46,372 bases of DNA. Origin: Candidatus Methanoperedens sp. GTDB lineage: Archaea; Halobacteriota; Methanosarcinia; Methanosarcinales; Methanoperedenaceae. The notes beneath the pieces are model-generated. The model was not told where the DNA came from. It saw only the letters and a list, made by a program, of their open reading frames with translations, and ran no database searches. The stretch is from contig JAHFCV010000001.1 of the NCBI GenBank assembly GCA_023249275.1, positions 1 through 46,372 on the forward strand, written 5' to 3'. The position numbers were made by a program, and so were the translations under genes. Each line of letters starts with the position of its first letter. Position 1 is the first letter of the stretch. Positions 18,030 through 26,681 of this stretch are shown here, piece by piece.

Positions 18030-18099
18030 ATCCGTGTTATCAAAAATTGTCTGGCTTTATATAACTATTCCTGGGTTGTTTGTTTTCAGCGAGCAGGTA

Positions 18100-18114
18100 A
18101 AAAGTGTTAAATAG
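18100..18114 (+). promoter_or_regulatory. Archaeal BRE/TATA upstream of tRNA-Ser
   Basis: AAAAGTG-TTAAATAG about 70 nt upstream of the tRNA. Confidence 0.45.
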
Positions 18115-18183
18115 CAAACAGTAAATTTAGAGCATACCCGAAAGCTGATTCTAAGTGATGGCGCCGACGCCGTCATTCAATAT

Positions 18184-18269
18184 GACGAGATAGCCAAGCC
18201 CGGTATGGCGCAGGGTTGCTAACCCTGTGTTCCGCAAGGAGCTCGGGGGTTCAAGTCCCCCTCTCGTCG
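18184..18269 (+). tRNA. tRNA-Ser(GCT)
   Basis: Acceptor GACGAGA/TCTCGTC+G, D arm TAGCCAAGCCCGGTATGGC, anticodon arm CAGGG-TTGCTAA-CCCTG, long variable arm, T arm GGGGG-TTCAAGT-CCCCC. Confidence 0.96.
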
Positions 18270-18301
18270 CCTGATTTTCTCACTTTTCCGGTTACCAAAT
18301 G

Positions 18302-18766
18302 TTATTTTACCCTGAGCGCCGCCCAGATTACAGTAGTGAAAAATCCCAGATAAACAACAACTACGAGAAAATATGAAAGTAATGCCGCAGAAAATGAAGA
18401 AATGTTTTTGACCATGCTAATAGCCAGGATACTTGATGGGATTGCAGAGAATGAAACTGCGACAAAAAACGAAGTTATATTTATGATTTTTTTTGTTTTT
18501 TCATTTACTTCTTTCTGGACAAGAATATAATATGTAATTGAAAATAAAGCAAAAAATATGAAAATCATTGTTACAGCGGTATCTTTTAAACCAATATATT
18601 TGCTGTACAAAGCTTCCGGGGTCTTAAACGCCACGATTAAAGAACCCACTATCAGTAGGATTTCAATTAATTTTGTTTTTTGGTTAATCTCATTTAAATA
18701 AAAAACATCTGACAATTTGGTATGAGTTGTTTTTAAATTGTTTATGTGATGTTTCATTCCAGACAC
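18302..18766 (-). CDS. AT-rich orphan membrane protein (about 4 TM)
   Basis: 154-aa ORF, hydrophobic segments, visibly AT-richer than flanks; start uncertain. Confidence 0.6.
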   Translation of the reverse strand: MSGMKHHINNLKTTHTKLSDVFYLNEINQKTKLIEILLIVGSLIVAFKTPEALYSKYIGLKDTAVTMIFIFFALFSITYYILVQKEVNEKTKKIINITSFFVAVSFSAIPSSILAISMVKNISSFSAALLSYFLVVVVYLGFFTTVIWAALRVK

Positions 18767-18884
18767 AATCCTAAATTTATTTATTGATATAAATCAGTTG
18801 TTGTGTTCAGAACCAGGAAAATACCAATAATTATGCGCCACGATTTGTAAACACGTCAGTAACAAGGTATTGGGGATGAAATCC

Positions 18885-18946
18885 CTGAGTTGCTAACCCC
18901 GTGTTCCCGCAAGGAACCCGGGGGTTCAAGTCTCCCCATCTTGCCG
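18885..18946 (+). pseudogene. Degenerate copy of the 3' two-thirds of tRNA-Ser(GCT)
   Basis: CTGAGTTGCTAACCCCGTGTTCCCGCAAGGAACCCGGGGGTTCAAGTCTCCCC aligns with CAGGGTTGCTAACCCTGTGTTCCGCAAGGAGCTCGGGGGTTCAAGTCCCCC; no D arm, anticodon stem broken. Confidence 0.8.
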
Positions 18947-18953
18947 TTATAAC

Positions 18954-21900
18954 TTATTTATTAATTTCCTCGACTTTTCTAATTTCCTCAACTCCCTTCG
19001 TTGCAGACTTACCCATTAATTTCTGTCTTAATAATTCAAGACTTATCTTGCTCTTAGCAGTAAGCAGATAGATGATAATTACCCCGAAACCTGTGGCTAT
19101 TCCGCCAATCAGCAGCAAATTCAGAGGCTCTTCCTTGACTTCCAGCAATCCTTTCTGCCCGAGTATCTCAACTGTATAATTCCCGGGCAGGGCTTCCTGT
19201 CGCGTGAAATTAATCTCCTTAATCTCGCCAGGAGCAAGAGCAACAGACCTGTTATCTACAACGGTTCCGTTGAGAATAAGCTCCACAGGCTTTGTATCAG
19301 CCTTCGTGCCCGCGTTCGTGATATTCGACCTGATAACAGCCTTCTCGTTTGTGAAAACCGAACCCGGTACGATGCCAATATCAAGCGCCTTATATTCTGA
19401 AAAGGGGAGCCTGATGTTAATCTCCCTGACAACGCTTACATATTTATCCTTTGAAGCGCCGAGATTGTGTGTGCCGCCCACGTTGAAGGTATAATTCAAA
19501 ATGCCCCCGATATTAGTAGTTCCAACAGCCGAGTTATCGAATGTAACACTGGCGCCTGCAACTGCACTCCCGTTTGAGGTGACTTTTATTGACACCTGAA
19601 CTCCCTGGTCGATTATAGCCGGTACTTCGATGCTCAGCCTGTTATCCACCCATTCCGAGACCTGTATCGTCTTTGTCGCCTTTTCATATCCGAGTTTGGT
19701 TGCGGTAATATTATGCATGCCGCTTCTGGTGAGCGTGTAATCCAGTCTGCCTGTGCTGTTGGTTGTTCCGATATCGTTATTATCGAAACTTACAGACGCA
19801 CCTGAAACAGGGGTTCCGCCTGCGGTCACTGTGATTGTAATAATATCCTTGACGCTGGGAGCTGCGGGTGCATCGATTGATAGCTGGTTCGCCGAAGCTA
19901 TGCTTCCATTGACCATTATGAAAGGATAGAACCTGACATCTCCGGAATCTGCTACATGGAACTTGATTTTTCCCATCACGTCAATGGTGTTTGCTGTGTT
20001 TAAGCTCACAGTGCTTGGGTTCTTCATCTCTATCTTGGTATCGGAAACCTCAGATACTTTCATGGCTCCGAACTGGTCGCCCGTGTTGACAGTCGTGTAG
20101 CTTTCCGATAGCTGGAATATTCCTTTTAAGAACGCAGCATTCGCCTCCCTTCCTGAGAACACGGTTTCGATATGCACCGCAATAATAGGCAGATCGCTTA
20201 CCGACCCGACCCTCTTGGTATAAATGTATGTCTTTCCAGCCTCAATAGCAGTGGTGTCAACCTCTCCACCGTCTTTCAAAAGCTGGATCAGTACAATCTT
20301 CCCGCCTGTGATATCCACGTCCTTAACCTTCAGGACGTATCCTTCATTCAATGTCAGCGTGCTTCCTGCATACACCGCGCGCTGGGTGTCGTCATCCGCA
20401 AGTACCTTGTGGAGCTGCTTGCTGCTTATTGTGCTGATAGCAGTGCTTGTTATGCCGGTAGAGTTGGTGGTGTATCCTGCGAAATACTTCTCTGCCATGA
20501 ATCCTATGACATTAAATGAACCAAATTTCTTATACTTGAAACTTACCGACTGCGGTGTTGTAGTGTATATCAGATTATTTTCACCAATCGACCTGTCGCT
20601 TCTTGTGAAGATTAACTTCTCTGAGCCTACATCCTCGTTTATGTCATAATAGAACCCTTCAAAGTTTAAGGGGTTCCAATCGAAATTGGTTGTGTCTGTG
20701 GATTGGGCTATTGTGCCGCGCACCTCATAAGTCCCTGATTTCTGTACCATCGGGGCAAAGCGCAGGACGCTGCTGTTGTCAGCCACTATTATTTTGATAT
20801 CTCCCATCACGTCATTGACCGAATTGGGCGATAATGAAATGCTGTTCTTATTTACCATCGTTATTCCCGTATCTGAAGCGCCTGTTATTTCCATTATTCC
20901 GTATCTATTGCCCTGGCTTACCGAGGTGAAGCTTTCTGATATCTGGAATATGCCTTTGAGGAAGGCTGCGTTTGCCTCCCTTCCTGAGAATACGGTATCT
21001 ATATGGACTGCGATAATCGGAAGCTCGCTTACTGAACCGACTTTCTTAGAATACACATATGTGCTTCCTGCCTGTACCGCAGTAGTGTCAACCTCTCCGC
21101 CATCTTTCAACAGTGATAGCAGTACAATCTTTCCACCCGTTATATCCACGTCTTTTATCTTCAGGACGTACCCTTCGCTTAACGTGAGCGTACTGCCTGC
21201 ATACACTGCCCGGCTCGTGTCGTCATCCATTAGTATCTTGTGGAGCTGTTTGGTGCCTATTGGGCTGGTAGGTGTGCTTGTTATGCCTGTCGAACCTGCC
21301 GTATATGCTGCAAAATACTTCTCAGCCATGAACCCGATAACGTTATAATAACCCCATTTTTTGTACTTGAATGAAACGTTGTCAGGCGCGGTAGAATATA
21401 TCAACGAGTTTTCCTGAATGTTGCGGTCAGTATTGCTGTCAAGGATTATTTTAAGCGACTCGTTGCCCACGTTATTATCTACATCGTAATAGAAGGCATA
21501 AAAGCTCATGGGGTTCCATGTATAGGTAAGGTTCATTTCCTTAGTGGAATCCCAGATGCGGTTGCCTGTTTCGTATGTGCGGGGGCGGACTGTCCAGAGC
21601 CATTTGTAGGAAGCTGTGCCGTTTGCATTGCTCCCTACAACTGTAATGTTCCATGTGCCAGTCACTGGAGAGTTATTCAGGTAATAATTGGAGGTTACCG
21701 AGGTATTGCTTGATACATTCGTGCCGTTAATGTACCATGTCACATTCACGGTCTGGTTAAAAGTCACTGTGAAATTTTGTGACACTATTCCAATAGTCTG
21801 GACTGTTGCAGGAGATGGAGACGAAGGGCTTGTTATTACCGGACCCGGAAACACACCCGGCACAAATGGCGACAGACTTGTAACCTGTCCTGTAACTGTA

Positions 21901-23072
21901 GTTGCATCACTGCCTGTTGTAACGTCTTTCCAAGCGCTGCCTTCATAATGGAAAAGTCTTACATAGTTACGATCAACACCGGCATTGTAAGGAATCGTAA
22001 CAGTTATTAATCCGGTGTAATTAGCTGTTGTTGTTATGTTGTAGAAACTTCCTGCACTAGCAAAACCAGACGTTGCCGGGGGACTAACATCCACCAAAGC
22101 GAAGGAATTCCCGGCAATATCAACATTTGAAAAAAGTAAACTAATACTATTTGAGAGAGAAACGTTACGATTCGTTCCAACTGCTGTATTTGGTGTGGTA
22201 TAATTAGTAAGGTTAACCCATGTAGAATTGATGTTACCTGAAGTGTCAACTGTATGCGTTGAGATAGTATAATATCCTGAACTTAAATTTGTGACGTTAT
22301 AATTGGCTGTCGGTGAAGTGACGTAATCTTTGAAGATTCCATCAATATATACCATTACTTTTGCAAAATCAGTATCTATCGGGTTTGTCCAATTCCATTT
22401 TATCCAGCTTGTACCGTTATTCTCCATTACGAGATTCGTTATACTTGCAGGTGACGTTAAATCACTTACAGTTACGCTCCAACTCTTGGTAGCCGAACCG
22501 TTTGAGTTGGTTACGTTTGCTGTGATGGTATGAGACCCCAAGCTTAAAAACTGTTTTGTAAAATTATCATAGTTTGTGGATTGGTCGGTACCATCGTAAT
22601 ACCAAATATAATTAACAATCTGGTCTGAGGTTACATTGAAATTAACAACTGTCTGATTCCCAACAGTAAGACTTAGACTATTGTTGTTAGTATAATTATT
22701 GCTCCATGAGATTATTGAAGGCGCAATCGCGACTGCTGTCACATTCCAGTCCCATTTTTGCATGACTGTGCCATTTGGATTATCGGCAATGACAGTAACA
22801 TTATGCACACCAATTGAGCTTGTAGTGTTGGTATAGTTTGCTATATTTAGATTCTCATTATTAAGCTGAACCTGCACGCTATCAAGGAACCAGGTAAAAT
22901 TCGCAATCTGATCTACAGCAACATTGAATGTTTTGGTGGCAGGTGCCGTATCATTTATCGGCGTGGGAGGAGAACTGGACAATATTCCTGGGCTAACACC
23001 TGCAGCTACCGAAATTATGCTCAACATCAATACCACAAAAGCAATTCCTCTAATATACCTCTTAATTACCAT
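18954..23072 (-). CDS. Methanosarcinales-type S-layer protein (two DUF1608 repeats) with extra Ig/PKD/FN3-like domains, CARDB-like domain and C-terminal TM anchor
   Basis: Signal peptide; duplicated WNP..F..FYYD...VIGFMAEKYFA.Y...L.EGYVLK.KDVD blocks; YEVRGT; C-terminal hydrophobic helix with basic tail. Confidence 0.92.
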   Translation of the reverse strand: MVIKRYIRGIAFVVLMLSIISVAAGVSPGILSSSPPTPINDTAPATKTFNVAVDQIANFTWFLDSVQVQLNNENLNIANYTNTTSSIGVHNVTVIADNPNGTVMQKWDWNVTAVAIAPSIISWSNNYTNNNSLSLTVGNQTVVNFNVTSDQIVNYIWYYDGTDQSTNYDNFTKQFLSLGSHTITANVTNSNGSATKSWSVTVSDLTSPASITNLVMENNGTSWIKWNWTNPIDTDFAKVMVYIDGIFKDYVTSPTANYNVTNLSSGYYTISTHTVDTSGNINSTWVNLTNYTTPNTAVGTNRNVSLSNSISLLFSNVDIAGNSFALVDVSPPATSGFASAGSFYNITTTANYTGLITVTIPYNAGVDRNYVRLFHYEGSAWKDVTTGSDATTVTGQVTSLSPFVPGVFPGPVITSPSSPSPATVQTIGIVSQNFTVTFNQTVNVTWYINGTNVSSNTSVTSNYYLNNSPVTGTWNITVVGSNANGTASYKWLWTVRPRTYETGNRIWDSTKEMNLTYTWNPMSFYAFYYDVDNNVGNESLKIILDSNTDRNIQENSLIYSTAPDNVSFKYKKWGYYNVIGFMAEKYFAAYTAGSTGITSTPTSPIGTKQLHKILMDDDTSRAVYAGSTLTLSEGYVLKIKDVDITGGKIVLLSLLKDGGEVDTTAVQAGSTYVYSKKVGSVSELPIIAVHIDTVFSGREANAAFLKGIFQISESFTSVSQGNRYGIMEITGASDTGITMVNKNSISLSPNSVNDVMGDIKIIVADNSSVLRFAPMVQKSGTYEVRGTIAQSTDTTNFDWNPLNFEGFYYDINEDVGSEKLIFTRSDRSIGENNLIYTTTPQSVSFKYKKFGSFNVIGFMAEKYFAGYTTNSTGITSTAISTISSKQLHKVLADDDTQRAVYAGSTLTLNEGYVLKVKDVDITGGKIVLIQLLKDGGEVDTTAIEAGKTYIYTKRVGSVSDLPIIAVHIETVFSGREANAAFLKGIFQLSESYTTVNTGDQFGAMKVSEVSDTKIEMKNPSTVSLNTANTIDVMGKIKFHVADSGDVRFYPFIMVNGSIASANQLSIDAPAAPSVKDIITITVTAGGTPVSGASVSFDNNDIGTTNSTGRLDYTLTRSGMHNITATKLGYEKATKTIQVSEWVDNRLSIEVPAIIDQGVQVSIKVTSNGSAVAGASVTFDNSAVGTTNIGGILNYTFNVGGTHNLGASKDKYVSVVREINIRLPFSEYKALDIGIVPGSVFTNEKAVIRSNITNAGTKADTKPVELILNGTVVDNRSVALAPGEIKEINFTRQEALPGNYTVEILGQKGLLEVKEEPLNLLLIGGIATGFGVIIIYLLTAKSKISLELLRQKLMGKSATKGVEEIRKVEEINK

Positions 23073-23214
23073 ATTTTTCCCCTCGAATTATATTTCAATT
23101 ACCATCATCTTTGACCCGTCAATCATCCTGCAAAAATGCAACATAATAGACTTGATGTCATAAGAACTCATTATATAAATAATTTCTGTGACAAAAGCCA
23201 ACCAGCAGCAAGTT

Positions 23215-23811
23215 TTAATAATCCTTGAGCGCAGCAGCCACTTCCTCAAATTTAGCGCCTTTTCGTACAATTCCGCAATTTACAAGGTCAACCACGGTCG
23301 AAGGCTCGCCTTTACACTCCCCGCCATCGATGATATAATCCGCACGTATCTTAATTTCATCCACTCTCACAGGCGGCGCCTCTCCCGAAATATTGGCGCT
23401 TGTGGAAGTGATGGGCATGCCTGCAAGCTCGATGAGCTTAATCGTGGTTTCATGGTCTGGATAGCGTATCCCCACCAGCCCGGAACCCGAAGTTAACGCA
23501 TCAGGAACTTTTTCTTTTTTCCGCAATAGTACCGTTACAGGCCCGGGCAGGAATTTTTCAATAAAACGCCATTCCCTCTCGCCTATGTGCGCAAGCTCCT
23601 TCATCATCTTAAAATCGGAAACAGCAACAGAAACAGGCTTATTTGCATCTCTTTTCTTAATAGCAAACACTTTTTGCAAGGCATCCTTTGAAAAAATATT
23701 GGCGCCTATGCCGTACACGGTCTCGGTAGGATAGATTACAATGCCGTTTTTTTTGATTATGCCGGCAGCTTTCCTTATATCCGTACCTATTTCACCTTTA
23801 TAACGTGGCAT
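23215..23811 (-). CDS. sua5: L-threonylcarbamoyladenylate synthase (Sua5/YrdC/TsaC)
   Basis: YPTETVYGIGA, IKKR..NKP, LPGPVT, GIRYPD, STSANISG, PSTVVD; start moved from 23955 to the ATG at 23811. Confidence 0.92.
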   Translation of the reverse strand: MPRYKGEIGTDIRKAAGIIKKNGIVIYPTETVYGIGANIFSKDALQKVFAIKKRDANKPVSVAVSDFKMMKELAHIGEREWRFIEKFLPGPVTVLLRKKEKVPDALTSGSGLVGIRYPDHETTIKLIELAGMPITSTSANISGEAPPVRVDEIKIRADYIIDGGECKGEPSTVVDLVNCGIVRKGAKFEEVAAALKDY

Positions 23812-23901
23812 GTCTGTGGTATTCATTGAAAAACCACAGAGTCGGCTATGAACGCGGTTCATAAATGAAAATGAAAAAGCATCGGTAACGGACTTTTTCA
23901 T

Positions 23902-23987
23902 ACCAGAGCACAGAGGACGCAAAGTTATTAATTGATCCCGCATTGCGCTTACCAAATTCTCTGTGCTCTCCGTGTTACCCTGTGGTT
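23902..23987. repeat. Palindromic heptamer-array element B (CACAGAG/CGCAAAG ... CTCTGTG x3)
   Basis: ACCAGAG-CACAGAG-ga-CGCAAAG ... CTCTGTG-ct-CTCCGTG-tta-CCCTGTG-GTT; a further TCTGTGGT...ACCACAGA pair at 23813-23840. Confidence 0.65.
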
Positions 23988-24038
23988 TATAATTTCCTGT
24001 GCATTAAAAAAATGGAACAAATCTGCGTATTCCAAAAA

Positions 24039-24275
24039 TTATATCGGAACAATCGCCAGTGACCCGACCGGGCAGTTGCGTGTGCATATCCCGCAGACGA
24101 TGCAGGTATTAGAATCTATCACGGCTTCGCCATTGGTTACAAAGATAGCGAGTTTTGCTTTATCGACATCAAAATCCTCTGCTTTTGAGAGTTTTATGTT
24201 CGTAGGGCAGACCGTAACGCAAATTCCGCACCCGTTGCAATTCAGTGACTGCACCAGTTTCTTATCTTTTGCCAT
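24039..24275 (-). CDS. 2x[4Fe-4S] ferredoxin
   Basis: CNGCGICVTVCP and CIVCGICTRNCP. Confidence 0.92.
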   Translation of the reverse strand: MAKDKKLVQSLNCNGCGICVTVCPTNIKLSKAEDFDVDKAKLAIFVTNGEAVIDSNTCIVCGICTRNCPVGSLAIVPI

Positions 24276-24314
24276 AGATTATCATATAGCTTTACAAGAT
24301 ATGAATATTTCGCT

Positions 24315-25412
24315 TTAATACTGGGGCTCAAGTCCTTCAAGTTTCTGGTTTATGCCCTTATTCATCTCAGCGGCTTGCTCCTTCTTTTCACGCTCTTTGT
24401 GCACCGCTTCGACACCAAGATTAAACAATTTACTGATTTCAGCAGATGCCCCTATTGACAAAACCGTCAATACTCTGGGCATTTCACCATTGCGCAAAAG
24501 GACACCTTTGAATATCTGACCTATCTTGCTGGATAGTTGCTCAACTTCAGTTGTAATATCATTGATATTGAGATACTTTTTATCCCCTTCAATTATTATC
24601 ATGGCTCTGTTCGCTTCCTTATACGGGTCAAGCTCAAACAGGAGACCTGCATGCGAAAGCGTGTGTTTTATAACAGCTTTAATCGGAAGGTTCTTGTTTC
24701 CCTCACCGAAGCCCATCGTAGCAAGCTTGGAACCCCCCGACATGACGGTCTTGAAATCGCCAAGGTCGGTCACCATCATCATCTCGCTGTCCAGAGCCTT
24801 TAAAAGAAACAGAAATCGCTGCGCAAAGGTATTATTTATCCCATCGAAGGCGCTTTTAATATCTTTCCCTAAGTGCTTTAAGAACTGGTTATCTACAATT
24901 ATATTGCCGTCAGAACTTCCTGCTATCATTTCTTTCAGGCAGAAAATAGAATTTTGGAGATAAATCGACCCTTCTTCCCTGAATGGAAGCACAAGAATCC
25001 CATACACATTGTACTTATATTGTTTCTTAATTGCGTCTATCAACAGGGGTGTAAACGATGACCCTGTGCCCCCTGATGCGGATGCTATAACAAACGCCAC
25101 ATCGAAATCCCCTCTTTCCTCGATAGCCCGAAGCATGAGGTCTTTATTGTCCTCAAAACACTGTTTTCCGATATTCCTGTTTGCGCCAACCCCGTGTAGA
25201 TAAGGAACATGGATCCTGTCCTTTGCTTTTGTGAACCTCAGTTCTTTCAGGTCGTTCATTGCCGTATTGATGGCAATAGTTTCCACATGGCTGGTAAATT
25301 TCTGCGAGCCATAGTATTTGGAAAGCACTCCGCCTCCAAATGCTTCCTTGTTTATGGCATCAAGAATCCTGTTGCCGCACTGCCCTACTCCGATAATAAG
25401 TACATTCAACAT
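24315..25412 (-). CDS. Tubulin/FtsZ-superfamily GTPase (CetZ-like / non-canonical FtsZ)
   Basis: IIGVGQCGNRI, AINTA..DL, GVGAN, GGTGSS, LPFREEG, VDNQ, T7-like TDLGD. Confidence 0.88.
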   Translation of the reverse strand: MLNVLIIGVGQCGNRILDAINKEAFGGGVLSKYYGSQKFTSHVETIAINTAMNDLKELRFTKAKDRIHVPYLHGVGANRNIGKQCFEDNKDLMLRAIEERGDFDVAFVIASASGGTGSSFTPLLIDAIKKQYKYNVYGILVLPFREEGSIYLQNSIFCLKEMIAGSSDGNIIVDNQFLKHLGKDIKSAFDGINNTFAQRFLFLLKALDSEMMMVTDLGDFKTVMSGGSKLATMGFGEGNKNLPIKAVIKHTLSHAGLLFELDPYKEANRAMIIIEGDKKYLNINDITTEVEQLSSKIGQIFKGVLLRNGEMPRVLTVLSIGASAEISKLFNLGVEAVHKEREKKEQAAEMNKGINQKLEGLEPQY

Positions 25413-25418
25413 TTGACC

Positions 25419-26537
25419 TCAATATGAATATTCCTTATGTCTTTTTATCGTAAATAATACTATTCCAATCAGGATGATTACTATCGGACCAAGAATGTAC
25501 AGATAATTTCTTTCTTTTTCAGTTACGGTAATTGTTTCGGAATCCGAAGGTGTACCAATTACATCGTCGTTGTAAGTTGTTCTTAAATGTATTGAATAAT
25601 TACCTGCTTCTGTTGCCTTCAGACCGACTCTGTATTCTTTTGACTCCATCGGAGGTATAATATCGTAAACCTGCCTTAAATCCCCTTCAATGACTTCCAT
25701 GCCTAATTGAGGTGTCCCTTCTGCAAGCACAGATTTAGCGGGAGCTTTCCCTGTATTGGTGATTTTTACAGTGGCTTTAATCAGGTCATCTGTATAAACA
25801 TTTTTCTTATCTATGCTAATAACGGTGCTAAGGTTAGACTTTTCCTGTGAAATTTCATTAACAATTATCGTGATCGAATTTGATTTGCTCGTTTTTGAAC
25901 CATATTTTACGATTGTAGGTTCACTGGAGAATGTTCCTGAATCCACAGCCTTCAATCCATAGTTAAGTTCCTGACTTTCACCCGCGGCAATTTCAGATTT
26001 TACCACAGGCGGGAATGTTGAATAGGGAGCATTGGAAAAACCGCTTGGAAGCTGTTCAATCAGTGTTACACTATAAGCAGTTGCATTTCCATTATTTTCA
26101 ACTTTGATTTTAAATTTTACAACATCGCCGTTATTAATATTCGTTTTATCGGCTGTCTTTGTTAGAACGATATTCGGAATTCCAACAGGTGCGACAGGTC
26201 TCACAATCTGGTATTGTTTAGGAGGGCTCCATCCTGATGGAAATTCTATGTTAATTACAGCGTCAGTACTGGTAATAAATGATGAGCTAAGTTTGATTTC
26301 ATCAAACGTTATTGGTTCGTTGTCATATAACGTTCTTTCTTGTGATTTGCTTGCGGATGTTATATTGACCCTTACATACATTGGTTTGAATATTTCAATA
26401 ACTTCAATGATATAAGAACCGTTTTCAAAATTTAATCCAGTATTGTTTTTCATTGAAAAATTGTACTTTATTGGAGCGGCATCAGCAACTGTTAAAAACG
26501 GTAATAATATCAATAAAAGAAAAATCAGCTTCCTCAT
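25419..26537 (-). CDS. Membrane-anchored surface protein with two DUF11/BatD-like Ig domains
   Basis: Signal peptide MRKLIFLLLILLPFLTVADA; LTKTADKTNINNGDVVKFKIKVENNG and ISIDKKNVYTDDLIKATVKITNTG; C-terminal TM + KRHK. Confidence 0.82.
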   Translation of the reverse strand: MRKLIFLLLILLPFLTVADAAPIKYNFSMKNNTGLNFENGSYIIEVIEIFKPMYVRVNITSASKSQERTLYDNEPITFDEIKLSSSFITSTDAVINIEFPSGWSPPKQYQIVRPVAPVGIPNIVLTKTADKTNINNGDVVKFKIKVENNGNATAYSVTLIEQLPSGFSNAPYSTFPPVVKSEIAAGESQELNYGLKAVDSGTFSSEPTIVKYGSKTSKSNSITIIVNEISQEKSNLSTVISIDKKNVYTDDLIKATVKITNTGKAPAKSVLAEGTPQLGMEVIEGDLRQVYDIIPPMESKEYRVGLKATEAGNYSIHLRTTYNDDVIGTPSDSETITVTEKERNYLYILGPIVIILIGIVLFTIKRHKEYSY

Positions 26538-26681
26538 CCAAAAATCTCCATTCCTCTGTTCATGAAACATTAACGAAATTAAATTAGCTTGTATATAAAC
26601 CTTCTGAGCCTGCCTATCATGATTATTACCATGGATAAAAGGCTTGCACTTCGCCAGGGTTTTTTGAATTGGGCATGCCGT

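Noticed and set aside
18156-18175. Hairpin TGATGGCG-ccga-CGCCGTCA before the tRNA as a riboswitch
   Set aside because: Too short and lacks the remaining fluoride-riboswitch elements; most simply a pre-tRNA leader structure.
18861-18946. Second functional tRNA-Ser or tRNA-Sec
   Set aside because: No D arm, broken anticodon stem, incomplete acceptor stem; the anticodon position is GCT, not TCA.
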